A stretch of 64,000 bases of DNA, from assembly GCA_050732935.1 (NCBI GenBank), contig JBOHRW010000150.1, positions 12,862-76,861 on the forward strand. Reading direction: 5' to 3'. Of this stretch, positions 23,501 to 32,719 are shown piece by piece. Below the pieces are notes generated by a model. That model did not search any database. It had not been told where the DNA came from and saw nothing but the letters and a program-made list of their open reading frames with translations. The stretch's first letter is position 1. Each line of letters starts with the position of its first letter. Both the position numbers and the translations under genes were made by a program. This stretch comes from Gemmatimonadota bacterium (lineage in GTDB: Bacteria > Gemmatimonadota > Gemmatimonadetes > JACCXV01 > JAHWKZ01).

Positions 23501-26250
23501 ATCTGCGGAATGTCCGGATCCTGAGGATGACGTTCACCGGCCTCGAGGACTCCACCGACTTCGAGATCGTGGATCTCGAGATCGTGGGGTCGACCTTCCT
23601 GAAGCGCGGGATCGTGGCGGCGGATGGCACCCCGCTGGCGGGACAGGAGACCGACAGCCTGCAAGTGACTGCCATCAGCGACCGCGAGAACCCGGGTTAC
23701 GAGAGTCCGCCGGGCGTGATCGCCGAGCAGGACCGGGCCGACCAGGTGGCGGGGCTGAGCGGCATCGTCCGCGAGCAATCGCTGGAGCTCACCTACAGGG
23801 GGCTTCCCCAGGGCGCGCGCGGGACGATCTTTCGCCCGCTGTTCGATCGCGAGTCGTACATCGACTACGAGCACATGCGGGTGTGGGTGCAGGGTCGTGA
23901 GGTGGAGGGGGCGGGTCAGCCCAGCTTCTTCGTCTCGTTCGGTATCGACACCCTGAACGTCTACGAGTATGCGGCTCCGCTGCGCGACATGGAGTGGGAG
24001 GAGCACGTCATCGACTTCGCGGTGTTCACCGAGCTCAAGCGGGCGCTGCTGGACAGCCTCGCCGAGGCGGGAGCCGACACCGGGACCCGCGTGTCCGAAG
24101 ATGGCCGCTACCGGGTCCGGTTGGACAACGCGGGCACCCCTCCGCCCACGCTGACCGAGGTGGCGCAGCTCACGATCGGCGTGGAGAACTCGACCGGTGC
24201 ACCGGTCACCGGCTCCTTCTGGGTCGACGAGTGGCGGCTGACCGCGCCGCTGCGGGACGGCGGGGCCGCCGCTTACCTGAACGCGCAGATGGACTTCGCG
24301 GACGTGGGGCAGGTGAACGTCTCGTACGAAACGCGGAGCGGACGATACCGCAACCTGAACGCCAACCGGAACAATTTCGACAGCGGAGATCTGGACGTGA
24401 ACGCGCTGCTTCGTCTGGACCGGTTTCTTCCCGAGGCGTGGGGTGTCTCCGTACCTCTCACCTGGAACCACTTCGGGGCGAGCGACATCCCGCTCTACCG
24501 CGTGGGTTCGGACATCCTGGTGACGAGCGGCGCGGAGCGCGACTCCATCGAGCGGAGCAGTCAATCAGACCTGATCGCCCTGCGGGCCTTCCGTACCCGG
24601 CAGTCGTCCAATCCGTTGATCGCCGCGACGCTGGACCGCCTGGAGCTCCGGATGACGTATCGGAACGACGACTTCGGCTCGGTCGACCTCGACAGCGAGC
24701 GCGGACGCTGGGATACGTACATCGGCTACCGAAACGGCTTTCGCAAGCGGGCCCTCCCCCTGGGACTGGGTTGGCTGGCCGGGCTTCCGTGGCCGTCGTT
24801 CCTGAAGGACAGCCAGCTTCTCCAGCGGCTCGCCTCGGCCGATTTGAACCTCGTGCCGGCCGACGTCACGGTGAGCGCGACGACCGACTTCGAGGAGCGA
24901 GCACAGAGCAAGCTGTTCGCCGACGGAACCGATTTTACCGCGGACACGACCCGCAACCTGAGGGGACAGGCGGCGGTCGAGTTCCAGCCATTCGCGTCCA
25001 TGCGCGCCCGGGTGGGTTGGGATTCCACGCGAGACCTGGTGTTTCCCCAGACGGTCTTCCACCGTGGCACGCTCGGAACCGAGGCCCTGCGGTCCCAGAA
25101 TCTCGACTTCGACTGGTCGCCCCCCATCGCGACGTGGCTGACTCCCCGGTACACCTACACTAGCTCTTTCTCCAAGAATCACACCCGCGAGGCGAGCCGG
25201 AGCCTGGACAGCCTCGATGTCCGTGACTTCGGGGTATCGATCAACCACACCTTGAGCGTCCAGATCGGGCTCCCCGAGCTGGTCGGGCTTCTGCAATCCG
25301 ACGAGGGCGGCGAGGCCGGCCCGGTGGCGACCTCCTCCGGGGAGAGCTGGTGGGAGCAATTGCTCGAGCCCATCCGCTATGACGCCCGACGACGCGAGAA
25401 CGTCTTCTACGTCCAGGAAGAGGACGATCCCACATTTGGATTCGGATGGGGCTTTGGCGACCTCGACGAGGAGAACCGGAGCCGCCCGCAGAGCTTCGGG
25501 CGCTACGACGAGTGGGGCCTCTCGACCGGTCTCGAGCCCCTCGATGGGCTGCTGATGCGCGGCAGCTATCGTGAGACCGACGACACCCGGCGCTATCTGG
25601 AGGGCGTCAACCTGAGCTCGTCCCGCGTGTGGCCGAGCATCGACCTCCAGTGGCGGAACATCCAGCTCCCCGGTTTTCTCGAGTCATGGGTGGCGACCAC
25701 CTCCCTGACCTCGGCGTTCGAGCGCCGGACCAGCGACAACATAGGCAACGGCCAGCTCCTCAGCGATTCCGATCGCCGGCAATGGGACCCCATTCTGTCG
25801 GTCGGCTTTACGCTGCGAAACGGCCTGTCGACCGACATCCGGGCGGTCAACAGCCAGGTCTTCACGACCCAGATCCTGGGCGGCTCGGTCGACAGCCGTC
25901 GCGAGGAGAACTCGACGGACTACCTGCTCAGCCTCGACTACAACATCCGGCCCGGGACGACGCTGTACATCCCGTTCCCGACCCTTTGGGGGGTGAAGCT
26001 GAAGCAGCCGCTCCTGACCTCGCTCACCTTCGCGCGCCGCTACCGTCTGGACGAGACGAACACGCCCCAATCGGAGACGCCGGTGGTCAATCTCGAAACC
26101 GTCACGACCGAGGTCCGCCCGTCCATCGCCTACGAGTTCGGCCGCGTCGTATCGGGGTTCGCGATCAACTATCTGTCGCGGAAGGACGAGAAGCGGGATA
26201 TACGGAATACGACCATCGGGATGGAAGCCTTCCTCGACTTTTTGTTCTAG
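20587..26250 (+). CDS. sprA: SprA-family giant outer-membrane beta-barrel (type IX secretion translocon homolog)
   Basis: 1,887 aa. The N-terminal block DLDQTLDLKILGTVGTKLDVAVDFNSQRELESRQLITAAYTGSEDEILQKVEMGDISVALP...FGAQAVAQLGPMDFRVLGTRKEGESTTRS is collinear with Flavobacterium SprA (DFDQRISMSLMGKIGTRLEVNANYDTQ...YTPSEDDIIQKIEVGNVSMPL...FGVKTQLQFG). The sequence is Gly/Asn/Asp-rich beta-strand throughout. The coordinate uses the first canonical start (GTG). A signal-peptide-like sequence is encoded in frame upstream; see findings. Confidence 0.7.
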   Translation: MPDVENLPFDSMLAFDPWLGAVVPGRPTPLPAREGLPVVSGLDVLDYLREVRLRREARLWRQVVADRLAGRSQEDEGLIPELENPLRIPEPLARVFGEGSEFDIQGRLHLGALGARSKQNPDLRTELLRRTSGTFDLDLDQTLDLKILGTVGTKLDVAVDFNSQRELESRQLITAAYTGSEDEILQKVEMGDISVALPPSRFLGGSVGTGTFGAQAVAQLGPMDFRVLGTRKEGESTTRSLSITPSGEGVLSDVTLDIKDTQFQRDRFFLLFHPDSLASVRLSFPNPGTTLENPASQPALGSLNVWLDDGNFSNNREQNSKRGEALVNPTDPGAFPEQTYVGFFDLLVEGQDYVVTDGIVLQMRRQLNDSEVLGVSYVTSGGTQVGTTQDAEEQVLKLIKPTNPDTLDFTWDYTLRNVYSLREPNIQLGSLELEIYRGNQDLRQTFESIGGQSRKYSRIFGLTDANSRVNLPRILRDPFQGPDFIVFPDVRPFFQPTDETGAAIPIERPNRQLYFNSDPNRTALDDQVYFIEARYLSRGGLSGEIELGSANVIEGSERVSIGAETLLRGEDYQIIYELGRLVLTDPAGLAERHPNDRLAIEYEVAPLFNLAPTTLYGAAGSYHLAEGAVLNSTIMLQRKESLANRPILGAEPTQALIAEVDGSWSRPLTFMDRWLDGLPGSTGETPSSFSLRGEMAFSRPDPNTDGEVFLNDFENIEIAKRLSLFFRIWYISSIPTQAGLSLTDVADARWFTFFIPSEQVTGERRREVDVGENNFVIQFDPVGEAPTDRMASWRSIETVLSTTGEDLTRQEFIEFFVRGVEGEIIVDLGVVDEDAVRLDENRAPVGVGELDTEEANPDTRDNNLDVNEDTGLDAVRGQDAADVPGDDGTDDFSEVFGANSFPINPNGTENNSVLDTEDSNLNGILDRQENLLRWEVDLTGDRYVVPGSRTSTGFRRIRLPLVTPDQVVGSPDLRNVRILRMTFTGLEDSTDFEIVDLEIVGSTFLKRGIVAADGTPLAGQETDSLQVTAISDRENPGYESPPGVIAEQDRADQVAGLSGIVREQSLELTYRGLPQGARGTIFRPLFDRESYIDYEHMRVWVQGREVEGAGQPSFFVSFGIDTLNVYEYAAPLRDMEWEEHVIDFAVFTELKRALLDSLAEAGADTGTRVSEDGRYRVRLDNAGTPPPTLTEVAQLTIGVENSTGAPVTGSFWVDEWRLTAPLRDGGAAAYLNAQMDFADVGQVNVSYETRSGRYRNLNANRNNFDSGDLDVNALLRLDRFLPEAWGVSVPLTWNHFGASDIPLYRVGSDILVTSGAERDSIERSSQSDLIALRAFRTRQSSNPLIAATLDRLELRMTYRNDDFGSVDLDSERGRWDTYIGYRNGFRKRALPLGLGWLAGLPWPSFLKDSQLLQRLASADLNLVPADVTVSATTDFEERAQSKLFADGTDFTADTTRNLRGQAAVEFQPFASMRARVGWDSTRDLVFPQTVFHRGTLGTEALRSQNLDFDWSPPIATWLTPRYTYTSSFSKNHTREASRSLDSLDVRDFGVSINHTLSVQIGLPELVGLLQSDEGGEAGPVATSSGESWWEQLLEPIRYDARRRENVFYVQEEDDPTFGFGWGFGDLDEENRSRPQSFGRYDEWGLSTGLEPLDGLLMRGSYRETDDTRRYLEGVNLSSSRVWPSIDLQWRNIQLPGFLESWVATTSLTSAFERRTSDNIGNGQLLSDSDRRQWDPILSVGFTLRNGLSTDIRAVNSQVFTTQILGGSVDSRREENSTDYLLSLDYNIRPGTTLYIPFPTLWGVKLKQPLLTSLTFARRYRLDETNTPQSETPVVNLETVTTEVRPSIAYEFGRVVSGFAINYLSRKDEKRDIRNTTIGMEAFLDFLF

Positions 26251-26299
26251 GCTGCTCTTCAGGTCTGGCTTCGCTCGGGTGGACCTCTATCTTCCGTGG

Positions 26300-27268
26300 A
26301 TGTTTCGAACCCGGATTCGTCGCCCGCAGGCGCTGTGGACGCTGGTGCTGGCGGCGCTCGCTCTGGTGCTCGCCTGCGGGGACGACGGAGGGCCGGAGCC
26401 CGTCGCAGGTGCGAGCTTCAGTGGAGAGCTGGCCGACAGCCTGGTCCGCCAGCTCGTGGCCTTCGGACCGCGGGTCCCGGGGACCGCGGCGCACGCAGAG
26501 GCGCTCGCCTGGATGACCGACTACCTGCGCGAGCGCACGGACGTCGTCGAACAGCGTCCGTTCACACACGTGACGCAGACCGGGGACACCCTCGAGCTGA
26601 CCAACCTGTGGGCTCAGTTCAATCCTCAGGCCGGGCAGCGCATCCTGGTGACCGGTCACTGGGACTCGCGGCCGGTGGCCGAGAAGGAGGCCGACCCGGC
26701 GAACCGCGACCGGCCGATCCCGGGAGCCAACGATGGCGGCTCGAGCGCGGCCGTGATCCTCGCCCTGGCCGATGTCCTGGCGGAGGATCCTCCCGCCATC
26801 GGCGTCGATCTCCTGCTGACCGATGGCGAGGACTGGGGCCACGACCCGGCCACCTTCAGCACGTTCGTCCCCGACATGTTCCTCGGAGCCAGGCACTTCG
26901 CCGCCAACGACGGCGCCGACTATCGGCCCCTGTTCGGCATCCTGCTGGACATGGTGGGGGAGGAGGGCGCGCGGTTCCCGATAGAGCAGAACAGTGAAGA
27001 GTTCGCCCCCGAGGTCGTGAGCCGGGTCTGGGAGGCCGCCGCGGACCTCGGCTATGGCGAGATCTTCGAATCGCGGGTCGGCCGGCCCGTCACCGACGAC
27101 CACGTCATCCTGAACCAGGCGGGAATCCGCACCATCGACATCATCGACTTCGACTACCCGTTCTGGCACACGCTGGAGGACACCCCCGACAAGCTGTCGG
27201 CGGCCACCATGGACGCTGTCGGCGACGTCGTCCTCGAAGTCATTCGTCGTCAGGCGGTAGGGGAGTAG
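26300..27268 (+). CDS. Glutaminyl-peptide cyclotransferase-like M28 zinc enzyme (lipoprotein)
   Basis: Lipobox LVLAALALVLAC. The motifs GHWDSRP...GANDGGSSAAVILALADVL...LLLTDGEDWG...GARHFA match animal-type QC motifs (HYDSK, GATDSAV, FFDGEE, GSRHLA). They do not match the aminopeptidase EExGLxGS motif. Confidence 0.65.
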   Translation: MFRTRIRRPQALWTLVLAALALVLACGDDGGPEPVAGASFSGELADSLVRQLVAFGPRVPGTAAHAEALAWMTDYLRERTDVVEQRPFTHVTQTGDTLELTNLWAQFNPQAGQRILVTGHWDSRPVAEKEADPANRDRPIPGANDGGSSAAVILALADVLAEDPPAIGVDLLLTDGEDWGHDPATFSTFVPDMFLGARHFAANDGADYRPLFGILLDMVGEEGARFPIEQNSEEFAPEVVSRVWEAAADLGYGEIFESRVGRPVTDDHVILNQAGIRTIDIIDFDYPFWHTLEDTPDKLSAATMDAVGDVVLEVIRRQAVGE

Positions 27269-27339
27269 CGTCGGTCCGGGACGCCGCGCGGCCCGACTCT
27301 TGATCCGGTCGGGCCCGGAGGGCGCGGAACGTCGGCTTC

Positions 27340-28089
27340 ATGACACCTGGCTGGCTGGACGAGAGGCTGACACCCGCCGAGCGCCAGGTCCTGGTAAGCC
27401 TGGCGGCGGCGTGGGCGTTCGGCGTGGTGGCCGGATGGATGGGCGTGCCGGAGCGGCTGGTGGATTGGTCGGAGCGGCGTCTCCATCCGCCCCTGCCAAC
27501 GCCGGAGGAGCTGGCCCGCGGGCTGTCGCCCGACGATCCACGTCCGGCCCTCTACGCCACCGGTCTCGCGGCCCGACGGGAGAAGGAGCGGGCGGCGGGC
27601 AAGCCCGTCCCGATCGATCCCAACACGGCCGATCGCGCGGCCTGGGTCCGACTACCGGGAATCGGCCCGCGCACGGCGGCCGCCATCCTGGAGCATCGAG
27701 CGGCCCGCGGGCCGTTCCGGCGGTCGGAGGACCTGCTGGCGGTGCGGGGGATCGGCCCGGTGACGCTCGAGAAGCTCCGGCCCTGGCTCCGATGGCCTCC
27801 TGGCGCGGCGGCCACGGGGCGCCCCGGTGGGCGAGGAGCGGGTTCCGGGCCCCCCGATCTCAACGAGGTGGACGCGGCGTTCCTGGAGGGGCTGCCCGGA
27901 ATCGGTCCAGAACTTGCTAGATCCATAGTCGAAGTTCGCCGACGGCGGCGTGGTTTTCGTGCCTGGCCGGAGGTCCTCGAAGTCGAAGGGATCGGACCGG
28001 CGAAGCTGCGCGTCTTGCAAAACGCGACGCGGCTCGAAAGGGCGCGCCCCGCAGCGCCTGCCGACCCTGTACGGCGAGAGACCGACTAG
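27340..28089 (+). CDS. ComEA-like competence protein with tandem helix-hairpin-helix domains
   Basis: An N-terminal membrane anchor is followed by two HhH modules: DPNTADRAAWVRLPGIGPRTAAAILEHRAARGPFRRSEDLLAVRGIGPVTLEKL and a second copy VDAAFLEGLPGIGPELARSIVEVRR...VEGIGPAKL. Confidence 0.7.
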   Translation: MTPGWLDERLTPAERQVLVSLAAAWAFGVVAGWMGVPERLVDWSERRLHPPLPTPEELARGLSPDDPRPALYATGLAARREKERAAGKPVPIDPNTADRAAWVRLPGIGPRTAAAILEHRAARGPFRRSEDLLAVRGIGPVTLEKLRPWLRWPPGAAATGRPGGRGAGSGPPDLNEVDAAFLEGLPGIGPELARSIVEVRRRRRGFRAWPEVLEVEGIGPAKLRVLQNATRLERARPAAPADPVRRETD

Positions 28090-28100
28090 GAAGGCCGACG

Positions 28101-29864
28101 ATGATTCACACCGCACCCACACCGGCGACGGCGACCGGACGGACGGCCGAGACGGCCCGCGGCCCCATCCGGAGCCGACCCACCATGACCGCCATTTTGC
28201 TCCAGGAAGGGCACATCACGGCCGACCAGATCTCGAGGGCGCTGGCGCGCCAGCGCTCCAACGGCCATCGGCTGGGCTACAACCTGATCGAGCTCGGGTT
28301 CGTCGATCCGCGAACGATCCGGGAGGTTCTCGAGCGTCAGCTGGGCGTCAAGGGGGTCGAGCTGGCCGCCCTCGAGACCGATCCCTCCGTCCTCAAGGTG
28401 ATTCCCGGCGAAATCGCCCGGCGATACGAGGTGTTCCCGATCCGCCGCCAGGGGGACACGATCGTCCTCGCCATGTGCAACCCGATCGACTGGATGGCGA
28501 TCGACGACCTCAAGTTCCTGACCGGCTACGAGATCGAGCCGCTGCTGGCGGACGAGTATTCAGTCATCGAGGCGATCGAGGCCCACTACGACGAGGACGA
28601 GAACTCGTACCAGAAGCTGCTCGACAACCTGGGGGAGTACGAGCTGGAGGTCATCGAGGAGGAGGAGGACGAAGATCCGACCGCCCTCGCCGCCCAGGTC
28701 GAGGCGGCGCCGGTCGTCAAGTTCATCAACTCGCTGCTGGCCGACGCCGTGAATCACGGCGCCTCGGACGTCCACATCGAGCCCTACGAGGACGAGCTCC
28801 GGATCCGCTACCGGGTCGACGGCGTGCTGCGCGAGACGCTGAGCCCGCCGCTCAAGATGAAGGCCGCGCTGATCTCGCGGATCAAGATCCTCGCGGACCT
28901 CAACATCGCCGAGCGGCGCTTCCCGCAGGACGGCCGCATCAAGCTCAAGATGGGGGATCGGGTCATCGATTTCCGCGTCTCCACGCTGCCCACCCTGTAC
29001 GGTGAGAAGATCGTGCTCCGGATCCTGGACGTCGGGCGGGTCGCGCTCGACCTGGAGGAGCTGGGTCTCTCCGAGGCGAGTCTCCAGGATCTGGTCCGTA
29101 GCGTGGAGTCGCCGTTCGGGATCCTGCTGGCGACCGGGCCGACCGGGTCGGGCAAGACGACGACCCTCTATTCGGCGCTGACCCGGCTCAACCAGCCGGG
29201 CGTCAACATCATGACGGTCGAGAACCCGGTCGAGTACAACCTCAAGGGGATCAACCAGGTCCAGGTACGCGAGGACATCGGGCTCGACTTCGCTCAGGCG
29301 CTGCGAGCGTTCCTGCGTCAGGACCCGAACATCATCATGGTCGGCGAGATCCGCGATCCCGAGACCGCCTCGATCGCCATCAAAGCCGCGCTGACTGGAC
29401 ATCTCGTCCTCTCTACGGTCCACACGAACGATGCACCATCGACGGTCAGCCGGCTGGTGGACATGGGCGTTCAGCCGTTTCTGGCGGCGAGCGCCCTCAA
29501 CTGCGTGGTGGCCCAGCGCCTCGTGCGACGGATCTGCGAGTCCTGCAAGCGCGCGCGGCGCTACCCGCGCGCCGTCCTCGAGGACGCCGGCTTTCCGGAG
29601 TCCGATCTCGGAGCCTCCTTCCACGAGGGCGCGGGTTGCGCGGAATGCGAGGAGACCGGCTACCGGGGGCGGATCGGCCTGTTCGAGGTCATGTCGATCA
29701 GCCGCCCGCTGCGGCGGCTGATCACCGAGCACGCCACCACCGAGGACATCCGCCGACAGGCGCTCGAGGACGGCATGATCACCCTGCGGGAGGACGGCCT
29801 CGGCAAGGTGAAGGCCGGGATCACCACACTCGACGAGGTGCTTCGTGAAACCGCTCTGGCCTGA
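28101..29864 (+). CDS. pilB: Type IV pilus assembly ATPase PilB (GspE family)
   Basis: GspII_E N-domain (EGHITADQISRAL...LIELGFVD), Walker A GPTGSGKTTTLYSAL, Asp box, His box, and a C-terminal tetracysteine CESC...CAEC. Confidence 0.9.
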   Translation: MIHTAPTPATATGRTAETARGPIRSRPTMTAILLQEGHITADQISRALARQRSNGHRLGYNLIELGFVDPRTIREVLERQLGVKGVELAALETDPSVLKVIPGEIARRYEVFPIRRQGDTIVLAMCNPIDWMAIDDLKFLTGYEIEPLLADEYSVIEAIEAHYDEDENSYQKLLDNLGEYELEVIEEEEDEDPTALAAQVEAAPVVKFINSLLADAVNHGASDVHIEPYEDELRIRYRVDGVLRETLSPPLKMKAALISRIKILADLNIAERRFPQDGRIKLKMGDRVIDFRVSTLPTLYGEKIVLRILDVGRVALDLEELGLSEASLQDLVRSVESPFGILLATGPTGSGKTTTLYSALTRLNQPGVNIMTVENPVEYNLKGINQVQVREDIGLDFAQALRAFLRQDPNIIMVGEIRDPETASIAIKAALTGHLVLSTVHTNDAPSTVSRLVDMGVQPFLAASALNCVVAQRLVRRICESCKRARRYPRAVLEDAGFPESDLGASFHEGAGCAECEETGYRGRIGLFEVMSISRPLRRLITEHATTEDIRRQALEDGMITLREDGLGKVKAGITTLDEVLRETALA

Positions 29865-29961
29865 CGTGGCGCGGACGGACGCCCTGGCGCCGAGCGACCC
29901 GGCTCCACACCTGCCGGACGGGACGAGCGACCTGGAGATGGATGCCCAGGATAGCTGTTCC

Positions 29962-31038
29962 ATGTCCGCGCTCCTGCGCGAGCTCGTGGAAGCCGGGGGC
30001 TCGGACCTCCACCTGACGGTGGGCCTCCCCCCACGGCTCAGGATCGACGGCGAGCTCGTGAACAGCCGGATTGCCGATCGCGCGCTGAGCCCCGAGCAGA
30101 CGCTGGCCCTCGCCAGCTCGCTCCTCAACGAGCGACAGCAGGCGGCGTTCGAGGCCACGAACGAGCTGGACTTCTCGTTCGGGATCGCCGGTCTGGCCCG
30201 GTTCCGCGCCAGCGTCTACCGCCAACGCGGGGCGGTGGGGGTCGCGATCCGCCAGATCCCTTACGAGATCCGGGGCTTCGACAGCCTTGGCCTGCCCGCC
30301 CACGTGGTCGACTTCGCGAAGCATCAGAACGGCCTGGTCCTAGTGACGGGGTCCACCGGCTCGGGGAAGTCGACCACCCTGGCGGCGCTGATCGATCGTA
30401 TCAACCACGAGCGCAAGGTCCACATCCTCACCATCGAGGATCCCATCGAGTTCGTGCACCACCATGGCCTGGCGATGGTGAACCAGCGCGAGGTGGGAAC
30501 CGATACGCGCTCCTTCGCGAGCGCGCTCAAGCACGCTCTGCGCCAGGACCCGGACGTCGTACTGATCGGGGAGATGCGCGACAACGAGACGATCGCCGCG
30601 GCGATCACGACCGCCGAGACCGGGCACCTCGTGCTGGCGACCCTGCACAGCAACTCGGCGGCCGAGTCGATCGACCGCATGATCGACGTCTTCCCGCCCG
30701 AGCAGCAGCCGCAGATACGCACGCAGCTCGCCTCCGTCCTCGAGGGGATCGTCACCCAGCAGCTGCTCCCGCGTATCGGCGGCGGGCGCGCCCTGGCGGC
30801 CGAGGTTCTCGTGGTGACCCCGGCCATACGGGCCCTCATCCGCGACGACAAGGCCCACCAGATCTACACCGCCATGCAGGCGGGCTCGAAGCACGGCATG
30901 CAGACCATGAACCACTCCCTGCTCGCGCTTCACCGCACGGGAGCCGTGAGCCGCGAGGAGATCCTGAGCCGGAGCGAGGATCCCGAAGAGCTGCGTCGGA
31001 TGATCCAGCTCGTCCCGGGCGGGTTCGACGGGAGCTGA
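29962..31038 (+). CDS. pilT: Twitching motility retraction ATPase PilT
   Basis: Start at the internal ATG MSALLRELVEAGGSDLHLTVGLPP. Walker A GSTGSGKSTTLAALI, and AIRALIRDDKAHQIYTAMQAGSKHGMQTMN matching the PilT AIRNLIRE motif. Confidence 0.9.
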   Translation: MSALLRELVEAGGSDLHLTVGLPPRLRIDGELVNSRIADRALSPEQTLALASSLLNERQQAAFEATNELDFSFGIAGLARFRASVYRQRGAVGVAIRQIPYEIRGFDSLGLPAHVVDFAKHQNGLVLVTGSTGSGKSTTLAALIDRINHERKVHILTIEDPIEFVHHHGLAMVNQREVGTDTRSFASALKHALRQDPDVVLIGEMRDNETIAAAITTAETGHLVLATLHSNSAAESIDRMIDVFPPEQQPQIRTQLASVLEGIVTQQLLPRIGGGRALAAEVLVVTPAIRALIRDDKAHQIYTAMQAGSKHGMQTMNHSLLALHRTGAVSREEILSRSEDPEELRRMIQLVPGGFDGS

Positions 31039-31040
31039 GC

Positions 31041-32240
31041 GTGCGGACATTTGTCTACAGGGCGCGCGCGGCGGACGGCACCAGCCAGTCCGGCGAGATC
31101 ACGGCCGGCAGCGAGGCCGAGGTCGCGGGTCAGCTCCGCAGCCGACGGCTAGTCGTGGTCAGCGTGAGGCCCAAGCCGCGCACGATCGAGATTTCCCTCA
31201 AGCGCGGACCGGGAACCAAGGATCTGGTCGTCTTCACCCGTCAGTTCGCGACGATGATCGGCGCCGGTCTGCCGCTGGTGCAGTCGCTGGACACGCTGGC
31301 CGCGCAGCAGAGCAAGCCTCGCGTCTCCGGGAAGATCCGCGCCGTGCTCCGCGAGGTGCAGGCGGGAGCCACGCTGGCCGACGCCATGCGGCGGCAGCGG
31401 GACTTCTTCGGCGAGATCTACGTCAGCATGATCGCCGCGGGCGAGGTCGGCGGCGTCCTCGACACGATCCTGAGTCGGCTGGCGGACTACCTGGAAGACG
31501 CGGCCCGTTTGAAGCGCAAGGTCCGTGGGGCGATGGTCTATCCGGTGACGGTCTTCGCGTTCGCCGGCATCGCCGTCTCGGTGCTCCTGATCTTCGTGAT
31601 CCCGACCTTCGCCCAGTTCTTCGTAGCCGCCGGTGTCCCGCTCCCTCTGCCGACCCGCATCGTGATCGCCGCCTCGAACCTCCTGCTCGCCTGGTGGTGG
31701 GCGGTGGCGGCGGGCATCGGCCTGGCGCTCTGGCTGGTCCGGGCCTGGTATCGGACGCCGGATGGACGGCTCGCGATCGACCGCTGGCTCCTCCGTGTCC
31801 CGGTCCTGGGGCCCGTACTGAGGAAAGCGGCCATCGCCCGCTTCAGCCGCACGCTGGGGTCGCTCGTGGAGAGCGGGGTCCCGATCCTCGAGGGGCTGGA
31901 GATCACCGCCCGGACCGCCGGGAACCGGGTCATCGAGGACGCGGTGCTCGCGAGCCGGGTTTCGATCGCCGGCGGCGACACGATCAGCGATCCGCTCCGC
32001 CGGAGCGGGGTCTTCCCGCCCATGGTCACCCAGATGATCAACGTCGGCGAGCACACCGGTGGGCTGGATGGCATGCTCGCCAAGATCTCCGACTTCTACG
32101 AGGACGAGGTCGAGGCCGCCGTGGGGGCGCTGACGTCGATCATCGAGCCGATCATGATCGTAGTGCTGGGAGCGATCGTGGGCGGAATGGTGGTGGCGAT
32201 GTATCTGCCGATCTTCGACCTCATCCAGACCGTGCAGTAG
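31041..32240 (+). CDS. pilC: Type IV pilus inner-membrane platform protein PilC (GspF family)
   Basis: Two GspF repeats (LATMIGAGLPLVQSLDTL and LGSLVESGVPILEGLEI) and three TM segments. Confidence 0.85.
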   Translation: MRTFVYRARAADGTSQSGEITAGSEAEVAGQLRSRRLVVVSVRPKPRTIEISLKRGPGTKDLVVFTRQFATMIGAGLPLVQSLDTLAAQQSKPRVSGKIRAVLREVQAGATLADAMRRQRDFFGEIYVSMIAAGEVGGVLDTILSRLADYLEDAARLKRKVRGAMVYPVTVFAFAGIAVSVLLIFVIPTFAQFFVAAGVPLPLPTRIVIAASNLLLAWWWAVAAGIGLALWLVRAWYRTPDGRLAIDRWLLRVPVLGPVLRKAAIARFSRTLGSLVESGVPILEGLEITARTAGNRVIEDAVLASRVSIAGGDTISDPLRRSGVFPPMVTQMINVGEHTGGLDGMLAKISDFYEDEVEAAVGALTSIIEPIMIVVLGAIVGGMVVAMYLPIFDLIQTVQ

Positions 32241-32309
32241 CGGCCGCACTGGACGGCGAATCTCTGCGTGCGCGCCTCGTCGGGGCACTCACCCTCCGGG
32301 CGGCCGCCT

Positions 32310-32435
32310 TCAGCGCAGCGACGTGACGAGCTCGGGCCGGGTCCAGGCCTCGAACACGATGCGCGCCGGCCCGTTGAACGTGCGCGCGATGAAGATCTCG
32401 CGATCCGACTTGAGCTCCATCGACGTGCGGTTCAT
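32310..32435 (-). pseudogene. Truncated SRPBCC/Aha1-like gene fragment (41 codons)
   Basis: An RBS plus ATG are followed by MNRTSMELKSDREIFIARTFNGPARIVFEAWTRPELVTSLR*. This is the conserved N-terminus of Aha1/SRPBCC proteins (IxRxFxAPxxxVWxAWTxPELV). The ORF stops after 41 codons, only 70 nt from the pilC stop. Confidence 0.4.
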
Positions 32436-32719
32436 GGTGGCGGGCTCACTTCCTTTTCTTGCGACCATGGGACTTTTCCTCCTCCTTGAGCTCTTCGATG
32501 AGTCCGTCCAGTTCCTCGAAGCGCGCATCCCAGACCTGGCGATAGCGCTCGAGCCAATCGTGAAGCTGGCGAAGAGGTTGCGCGCGGTGGGCGTGGCTTC
32601 GCCCTGAGCGTGCCGCTTGCCGAGCGCCGTGATCAGCGTAATCCTCGTGCTCGAAGGAGCTGTCCTGTGCTGTGGGGTGCGCGGCCAGGGTGGCCTTGAA
32701 TCTTGAGGGGAGGAGGTCC

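Noticed and set aside
21712-24564. 950-aa minus-strand ORF
   Set aside because: Antisense to sprA, whose homology is clear. The composition is Arg/Val/Asp-biased junk.
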